In this document: piece by piece, positions 59,278 to 64,000 of the stretch | Layout of the letters: every line of letters begins with the position of its first letter | Numbering within the stretch: the stretch's first letter is position 1 | Source of the DNA: a virus | Reading direction: 5' to 3' (one strand) | DNA: 64,000 bases | Virus record (IMG/VR): IMGVR_UViG_3300046314_000711 | Program-made: the position numbers and the translations under genes | Notes under the pieces: model-generated | Databases searched by the model: none | Seen by the model: only the letters and a program-made list of their open reading frames with translations | Told to the model about the DNA's origin: nothing

Positions 59278-59886
59278 ATGGTTGCACCTATTGTTGACGA
59301 TTTCACCGCTTTTGATCAATGCGCTCCACAAGATCGCAAGTGGTATGGCAAGCTCTACGTTGCTCGTTATTTTGGATACAACTGCGGGTCTGGTACAATT
59401 CGTGAGGATGGTGAGTGGATTGTTAGACCAATCACGAATCTGGCTGGACAAGGATTGGATGCTACGATTGGTTGGCACAGATCGGGTGATCCAATCCCAC
59501 CAAACTTTTTCTGGTGCGAGGTCTTCACAGGGCGGCACATCACGATTGACTACATTAGGTCTGGTGAAGGTTGGGTACAATCCCATACGTTCCAAGGGTT
59601 CAACACACAGGATGACCTAATCCGATTTAGTCATTGGAAGCGCGTGGATTATCCGTTCCCCTTGCCATCTGCGCTTCGGGGTGTCGAGAGCGATCACATC
59701 AATCTCGAACTAATAGGTGGGAACATAATCGAAGTGCATCTCCGTCCAAATAGCGATCCAGTCCAGTATGACGAGTTTTGGCCAATTTGGCGAGATGATC
59801 AACCGCCACCGTCATCAGGTAAGTGGGTACGCATCCAAGATCAAGTGACTCACATTGGTAGACTTGGTTTCTATGTTCCAGGTTGA
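59278..59886 (+). CDS. Hypothetical protein, ATP-grasp-like
   Basis: VRPI.NL.G.G, FWCE.F.G.HITIDY, INLE.IG..IIEVHLRPN. Confidence 0.55.
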   Translation: MVAPIVDDFTAFDQCAPQDRKWYGKLYVARYFGYNCGSGTIREDGEWIVRPITNLAGQGLDATIGWHRSGDPIPPNFFWCEVFTGRHITIDYIRSGEGWVQSHTFQGFNTQDDLIRFSHWKRVDYPFPLPSALRGVESDHINLELIGGNIIEVHLRPNSDPVQYDEFWPIWRDDQPPPSSGKWVRIQDQVTHIGRLGFYVPG

Positions 59887-60043
59887 GCACAAACTTGAAA
59901 TCAACTACATTAGACAAATCGGTTCAATAAAAAGTTTTTAAAAAGCCTGTTGACCAGATTTGAAAAGTGTGTTACATTAGACAAATCGGTTCACAAAAAG
60001 TTAAAAACTGACTGTTGAGCACAAATAGTTTACCAAATATAGT
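59883..60043 (+). promoter_or_regulatory. Three tandem sigma70 promoters upstream of the tRNA leader
   Basis: TTGAGC-17-TACATT (59883-59911), TTGACC-17-TACATT (59950-59978), TTGAGC-17-TATAGT (60015-60043); first two followed by identical AGACAAATCGGTTCA. Confidence 0.75.
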
Positions 60044-60094
60044 TAGCCTTTTGGCATTGAGCCATATATACATTAACAAAGAAAGTTTTTCCAA

Positions 60095-60199
60095 ATGTTT
60101 TCCTCTTCCGTGATTATTAGCAAACATACAATGAGCGAACGCTTTAGCGATCGTTCAGATGATATGTGCGCCCTTGTTCACGTCGGAGTAGAATTCTAA
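60095..60199 (+). CDS. Putative attenuator leader peptide MFSSSVIISKHTMSERFSDRSDDMCALVHVGVEF
   Basis: ATG after AAAGAAAG; 34 codons; its 3' part overlaps the antiterminator arm. Confidence 0.65.
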   Translation: MFSSSVIISKHTMSERFSDRSDDMCALVHVGVEF

Positions 60200-60253
60200 A
60201 CAAAGAACTTCTCCAGAATGTAGAAACAAGGGCTCCAAATAGGAGCCTTTTTT
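60170..60253 (+). terminator. Attenuator: antiterminator (60170-60233) overlapping intrinsic terminator (60228-60253)
   Basis: GCCCTTGTT pairs with AACAAGGGC; terminator AAGGGCTCC-AAATA-GGAGCCTTTTTT. Confidence 0.75.
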
Positions 60254-60311
60254 ATTGCCTAATCGATCGAGGTTGGTGCAAAAGATCATTAAAAATTTGC
60301 GTGTGTTTTAT

Positions 60312-60386
60312 GGGGCCGTAATTTAGCGGCTAGAATATCCGGTTTTTACCCGGTCCACGAGGGTTCGAGTCCCTCCGGCCCCTCCA
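60312..60386 (+). tRNA. tRNA-Lys(TTT), atypical (Glu-like body)
   Basis: GGGGCCG/CGGCCCC acceptor, loop TT-TTT-AC, T-arm GAGGG-TTCGAGT-CCCTC, encoded CCA. Confidence 0.8.
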
Positions 60387-60430
60387 TTTCAAAGCGCATT
60401 CAGTGTGAGTGTGTTTCGACATGGATTTAT

Positions 60431-60504
60431 GGGATCGTAATTTAATAGAAAAATACCGTGCTGATAACGCGGCTTCGACGGAGCGTAACCGTCCGATCCT
60501 ACCA
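60431..60504 (+). tRNA. tRNA-Ile(GAT)
   Basis: GGGATCG/CGATCCT, CCGTG-CTGATAA-CGCGG, T-loop AGCGTAA, CCA. Confidence 0.8.
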
Positions 60505-60513
60505 CCATAATAT

Positions 60514-60595
60514 TTGAGTAGTCGACTGTCGGTATCGGTCATTTCCCTTTCACGGAAACGCGTAAGCAGGGGTTCAACTCCCCCTACTCAAACCA
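60514..60595 (+). tRNA. tRNA-Glu(TTC), possible 8/4 fold
   Basis: TTGAGTAG/CTACTCAA, TTTCC-CTTTCAC-GGAAA, GGGG-TTCAACT-CCCC, ACCA. Confidence 0.8.
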
Positions 60596-60725
60596 CTTTT
60601 CTCGCTCATCCTGTGAAGGATCGGCTTCCCTCTGCCCTACCCTACTGCAAAGTGGATGGGTAGCACACCTCGCTTACTGACCGAGGTTTACCAAATAGTC
60701 AGTAAGAATTTGTAGGGTTGCCTGC

Positions 60726-60797
60726 AGTCTGTAAGTGTTCATAGACGCACATAGCACTGTCACTGCTAAAGAACGGGAGCATTACCCGTACAGACTG
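60726..60797 (+). tRNA. tRNA-Asp(GTC)-like, no encoded CCA, extended acceptor stem
   Basis: AGTCTGT/ACAGACT, TAGCA-CTGTCAC-TGCTA, ACGGG-AGCATTA-CCCGT. Confidence 0.65.
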
Positions 60798-61698
60798 CAG
60801 GCAACCTTAGTTGATGAGAAAATATGCATTCGTGGTTTGGTACTACTGCCCACCGAATTGGGTCATCACTCCGGTAGTACTTTTTACCTTTAATTTCAAT
60901 CCATGCGTTATATTTCGGAAGATAGAAGTCTGGATAATACTTTCCTGGCTTTCCAGTTGGATAAGTGAAAGTAAAGTATGTTGTAGAATTTTTCAGCCAT
61001 TCAATATTGTGTGAATCCAGTAATTTTGCAAATGCAAGTTCAGCGCCTGAGTCCATTTGTTGGTCTTTATATGTTGAGCGATGCACAATCGTAGAATTTG
61101 GTTGAAATCCTCCACCTCTTCGAGTTAATAGATAACATTCATTCGAGCAAGTATTTCGTGTCGTAGTAGCAAACGTTTTATTGCACACTTGACATTGTCT
61201 TACTTTTGAATATGGTCCTAGTATTGTACGTACCGCTGCTTTACCATTTTTCGGGTTACGAGAGTGACAGACCCAGATACCTTCTAGATGTAGTTTATAT
61301 ATTCCACCTGGATTTTTCATTACTCCTGCGCGAATTTTTTGCTTAGTTTCAACTGAATGAACATAATCCCTTGTAGCATTAGTGGCGATTCCTGCACAGG
61401 TGTGACTGCAAAATGTATTATGCCTATTATTATATGATAGTGGAGTAGAACATTGCTTGCATATTGTAGGATCATTAGTGTACTCACTACGTCGAATGCT
61501 AACATTACGCTTGTGAGTAGCTGTAGACTTATCTCGTCCTCTTGCGCCATTTGTGATATTTTTGAGTTTAACTTCTTCGGACACTAGTGAAACATCCGGA
61601 AAAGCAATTTTGAAAGTATCTGTAGTATGGGAGTGAGTTTTCAAGTGAGAATTTGTAAGCTGGTTAAATTGTCTAGTGCAAATTGGGCAGGTAATCAT
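60766..61698 (-). CDS. Free-standing PD-(D/E)XK homing endonuclease with Zn fingers, inside tRNA array
   Basis: CPIC..H..H, CxxC..CS repeats, DSGAE..YYPDFYLP..IEIKG; TAAATA at 61723-61728 (minus). Confidence 0.85.
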   Translation of the reverse strand: MITCPICTRQFNQLTNSHLKTHSHTTDTFKIAFPDVSLVSEEVKLKNITNGARGRDKSTATHKRNVSIRRSEYTNDPTICKQCSTPLSYNNRHNTFCSHTCAGIATNATRDYVHSVETKQKIRAGVMKNPGGIYKLHLEGIWVCHSRNPKNGKAAVRTILGPYSKVRQCQVCNKTFATTTRNTCSNECYLLTRRGGGFQPNSTIVHRSTYKDQQMDSGAELAFAKLLDSHNIEWLKNSTTYFTFTYPTGKPGKYYPDFYLPKYNAWIEIKGKKYYRSDDPIRWAVVPNHECIFSHQLRLPAVCTGNAPVL

Positions 61699-61760
61699 AC
61701 GTAATATCAAGAAGTTATAATGTATTTATGGGTTCGTCAACGAACGACCCCGCCAAATTA

Positions 61761-61836
61761 GGATCATTAGCTCAATTAGTAGAGCGCTTGTCTGTCGAAC
61801 AAGAGGTAGCCGGGGCAGAGCCGGTATGGTCCGCCA
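61761..61836 (+). tRNA. tRNA-Asp(GTC)
   Basis: GGATCAT/ATGGTCC, CTTGT-CTGTCGA-ACAAG, T-loop GGCAGAG, GCCA. Confidence 0.85.
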
Positions 61837-61841
61837 AATTA

Positions 61842-61899
61842 AGGATACTAACAGCAAATCCAAACAATTTGACTTTTCTTCAAACCTAAAGTGTATCCT
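61842..61899 (+). ncRNA. Armless tRNA-like element with a Lys-type anticodon loop
   Basis: AGGATAC/GTATCCT outer stem; TTTGA-CTTTTCT-TCAAA inner stem-loop. Confidence 0.45.
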
Positions 61900-61910
61900 G
61901 TTTAATTTGT

Positions 61911-61986
61911 GGAGCCAAGGCCAATCAAGTGATGGCGGCTGTTTGAAAAACAGTGCAGGTTGGAGCGTTACCAACTGGCTCTACCA
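61911..61986 (+). tRNA. tRNA-Phe(GAA)
   Basis: GGAGCCA/TGGCTCT, GCTGT-TTGAAAA-ACAGT, GTTGG-AGCGTTA-CCAAC, ACCA. Confidence 0.8.
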
Positions 61987-62001
61987 CGTTTTTTAATTTA
62001 A

Positions 62002-62089
62002 GGAAGAATATCTACACAAGGTGTAGCACTGTTTCGAAATCAGTTGGAGTCTGTAAGGGCTTGGGGAGCATTACCTCATTCTTCCGCCA
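62002..62089 (+). tRNA. tRNA-Ser(CGA)
   Basis: GGAAGAA/TTCTTCC, loop TTCGAAA, long variable arm GAGTCT-GTAA-GGGCTT, G73, CCA. Confidence 0.8.
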
Positions 62090-62097
62090 ATAGTCAT

Positions 62098-62171
62098 GTT
62101 GTTCCTAGTGTAGTGTCCGCACACCTGTCTGTGAAACAGGTAGAGAGGGTTAGATTCCCCGGTTCAACCCA
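62098..62171 (+). tRNA. tRNA-His(GTG)
   Basis: G-1:C73, CCTGT-CTGTGAA-ACAGG, CCA; two T-T mismatches in acceptor. Confidence 0.75.
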
Positions 62172-62221
62172 AATTATTACATTTGTACACAAATGTAAAT
62201 ATCGCTATAATTGATTTCACT

Positions 62222-62857
62222 ATGAAATTTTCTGAAATGTTTCCAGAAGTACAAGAGCTGTTTGAAATGCCGCAAAATGTATATCCAACGGAATTTGATC
62301 TAACAACTCCTACAAAAAATAAACATTTTGTTGATCAGTTTTTTGCGACGAAAAAAGCTGTAGCTATTAAGCAGTATGGCGATTACACACTGTACGAAGC
62401 TCCTCGCGCCTACGCATTGATTGATAATGACACAAAGCAAGTTGTGTACGCTGTACGATTTACACTCCAGAACAATACGTTTATTGGCCACCAGTGTGCT
62501 CAACAAGTGATGGTGTGGCGCAACACCAAAGTGTTTGAAACAGAGGGACTAGCGAAAGAAATCTTTTTCAATAGTTTGTTGCAACACTATAAAGTGATGA
62601 TCACTGATTCGATGCAGACGGAAGATGGTCAGCGATTTTGGGACAAGCGAATTCTCGAAGCACTTCGAATGGGGTTGAATGTGTATTACATTAGTCTCAT
62701 TCCTCCTCGTGAAATTACCAAAATCAATAACGACCGGGAGTATCAAGCGCTTGCATCAAGTAAAGAAATTTGGGGCAATGATAACAAACACCAGGCTCGC
62801 CGTCTCGTGATATCCTCGGTGCCACTATCGATTCGGTACAAACACATGGTCAGTTAG
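62222..62857 (+). CDS. GNAT-like hypothetical protein inside tRNA array
   Basis: GLAKEIF, ITDSMQTEDGQRFW; leader MKFSEMF.E; TAAATA at 62196. Confidence 0.65.
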   Translation: MKFSEMFPEVQELFEMPQNVYPTEFDLTTPTKNKHFVDQFFATKKAVAIKQYGDYTLYEAPRAYALIDNDTKQVVYAVRFTLQNNTFIGHQCAQQVMVWRNTKVFETEGLAKEIFFNSLLQHYKVMITDSMQTEDGQRFWDKRILEALRMGLNVYYISLIPPREITKINNDREYQALASSKEIWGNDNKHQARRLVISSVPLSIRYKHMVS

Positions 62858-62921
62858 TTAAATGGTATAACTGCGGTTTCATACGCCACTGTCGCAAGTT
62901 CGATTCTTGCACTGACCACCA
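62848..62921 (+). tRNA. tRNA-Met(CAT) (or Ile2)
   Basis: GGTCAGT/ACTGACC, loop TT-CAT-AC, GCAAG-TTCGATT-CTTGC, ACCA; overlaps last codons of upstream CDS. Confidence 0.85.
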
Positions 62922-62929
62922 AGTATTTG

Positions 62930-62957
62930 TTGACTTTTGTGAAAAATAGGGTAAAAT
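62930..62957 (+). promoter_or_regulatory. Sigma70-type promoter (near copy at 63222-63250)
   Basis: TTGACT-16-TAAAAT and TTGACT-17-GATAAT, both containing AAAATAGGGTA. Confidence 0.6.
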
Positions 62958-62985
62958 AACCATATTGACGAACAAAGGACACGAA

Positions 62986-63213
62986 ATGAAAACAACCTTC
63001 ACATCAGTTAATTACATTAAGACTTGTGGTGATCAGTATGCTAAGTGGTCACAAGGTAGTAATGCCGCAATTGATGCTGTGTTGATGGTAGTTACCGATG
63101 ACGCTGGTAATAAAGTGTACAGCGATTGCGTACGAAAAGGTGGAATGTTTATTCGTACGCTTGCTGACTGCAAACGAGCATTGCAAAGTAATTTCCGCAA
63201 TCGCTCTGTATAA
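62986..63213 (+). CDS. Hypothetical early protein
   Basis: SD AAGGA, 75 aa. Confidence 0.65.
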   Translation: MKTTFTSVNYIKTCGDQYAKWSQGSNAAIDAVLMVVTDDAGNKVYSDCVRKGGMFIRTLADCKRALQSNFRNRSV

Positions 63214-63437
63214 TATAGTTGTTGACTTTTTGTAAAATAGGGTAGATAATAGACGCATATGACAAAAATCACTATTCACACTTGTGCTTACAAAGGTTTC
63301 CGCCACATCACCGTGGGCATATACCGCTAAACTGTTTGGGAAGTGCTGGAGCATTTTCTACAAAGGTCAATTGATCGGTGCTACACCAAAAGTTCGTCGC
63401 ATTGAGTTCATCATCGGGGAAACTCTGATTGCTTAAT

Positions 63438-63614
63438 ATGAACAAATACAAAGCTCTTGTCGCAAAATACGACTTCACACTGTGGTATGACCGCAGCCTA
63501 CGGTTGTGGGCGCTAACTGATAATAACGGTCAAAAAGATGCGTATTACTTCACCAAGCACTTGATTGCTTCAGTAACACTTGAAGAATTTGAAAACTTTC
63601 ACTTTAAAGATTAA
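63438..63614 (+). CDS. Hypothetical protein
   Basis: 58 aa, packed. Confidence 0.5.
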   Translation: MNKYKALVAKYDFTLWYDRSLRLWALTDNNGQKDAYYFTKHLIASVTLEEFENFHFKD

Positions 63615-63615
63615 C

Positions 63616-63873
63616 ATGAAATACAAACAAACGATAATTGCAATCTCAGTCCACGCAGAGGGGGTTAATCCTATCTTTGGTGAAGGTGTTACACACGTTC
63701 GTTTGAATGACGAAGCTGGTGGGTACTTCATTGAATTGCAACAAAGTGATGATACTTCAGAAAATGGTGTTGTCAAGTTTGATCCAGCTGAATGGGATGA
63801 GCTCAACGCCGCAGTCAAGTCGCTGTTAGATAGTGTATCGATTGAAACTAATTCTACTGGTATAGTAATGTAA
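63616..63873 (+). CDS. Hypothetical protein
   Basis: NPIFGE.VTHV.L.DEAGG.FI.L.Q. Confidence 0.6.
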   Translation: MKYKQTIIAISVHAEGVNPIFGEGVTHVRLNDEAGGYFIELQQSDDTSENGVVKFDPAEWDELNAAVKSLLDSVSIETNSTGIVM

Positions 63874-63930
63874 GAATATTGGAAGTGTGCACCGTAGGTC
63901 TTACATAGATCATTGTAGTTGAGAGTTTGA

Positions 63931-64000
63931 ATGAAACAATGCCCAAAATGTGGAATTGCTGAATGGATGTACCAACCTGTCCCGTTAGTCTGTGACCATA
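63931..64000 (+). CDS. Hypothetical protein (3'-truncated)
   Basis: MKQCPKCG... Confidence 0.4.
   Translation, partial: MKQCPKCGIAEWMYQPVPLVCDH

Noticed and set aside
60341-60350. Ochre suppressor tRNA (TTA) or genetic recoding
   Set aside because: The 7-nt loop places TTT, not TTA, at 34-36, and genes are full length in the standard code using all three stops.
60330-60542. ORF-track calls over the tRNA array (also 61726-61974)
   Set aside because: Antisense to clear tRNA genes.
60673-60706. Hammerhead ribozyme (CTGAccGA)
   Set aside because: Core spacing is wrong and there is no GAAA/stem III; kept only as an unexplained structure.
63259-63438. Frameshifted small gene (23-aa ORF followed by an open +1 frame)
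   Set aside because: Could be a GTG-started ORF, decay or a read error; no slippery site seen.

Overview
64 kb of a large T4-superfamily-like myovirus (jumbo-phage-like, roughly 42% GC by eye). The i-/o-spanin pair implies a Gram-negative host. The window holds most of the virion module: two paralogous fibre proteins, gp26/gp51-like chaperones, tape measure, portal, protease, TerL, tube, gp4, TerS, scaffold, major capsid, neck gp13/14/15, sheath and PAAR. It also holds replication genes (split PolB, primase, dUTPase/dCTP deaminase, DEDDh nuclease), host-like genes (GroES, PhoH, Hsp20, DksA/TraR, ClpP), an Acb1-like 2H phosphoesterase, eight free-standing homing-endonuclease-like genes and a tRNA array. 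Highlights: (1) The tRNA array is preceded by three tandem sigma70 promoters and an apparent ribosome-coupled attenuator: a 34-codon leader ORF enriched for the amino acids the array serves, plus mutually exclusive antiterminator/terminator hairpins. This suggests a sensor that turns on phage tRNAs when host tRNA is depleted. (2) TerL is broken into three ORFs by two endonuclease genes and is predicted to be rebuilt by two atypically split inteins plus one cis mini-intein. (3) PolB is split at the fingers tip around an endonuclease with no intein or intron. (4) A probable -1 frameshift joins the gp26/gp51-like pair upstream of the tape measure gene. (5) The array contains many non-canonical tRNAs and tRNA-like elements. 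All calls come from motif reading by eye; no searches or folding programs were run.
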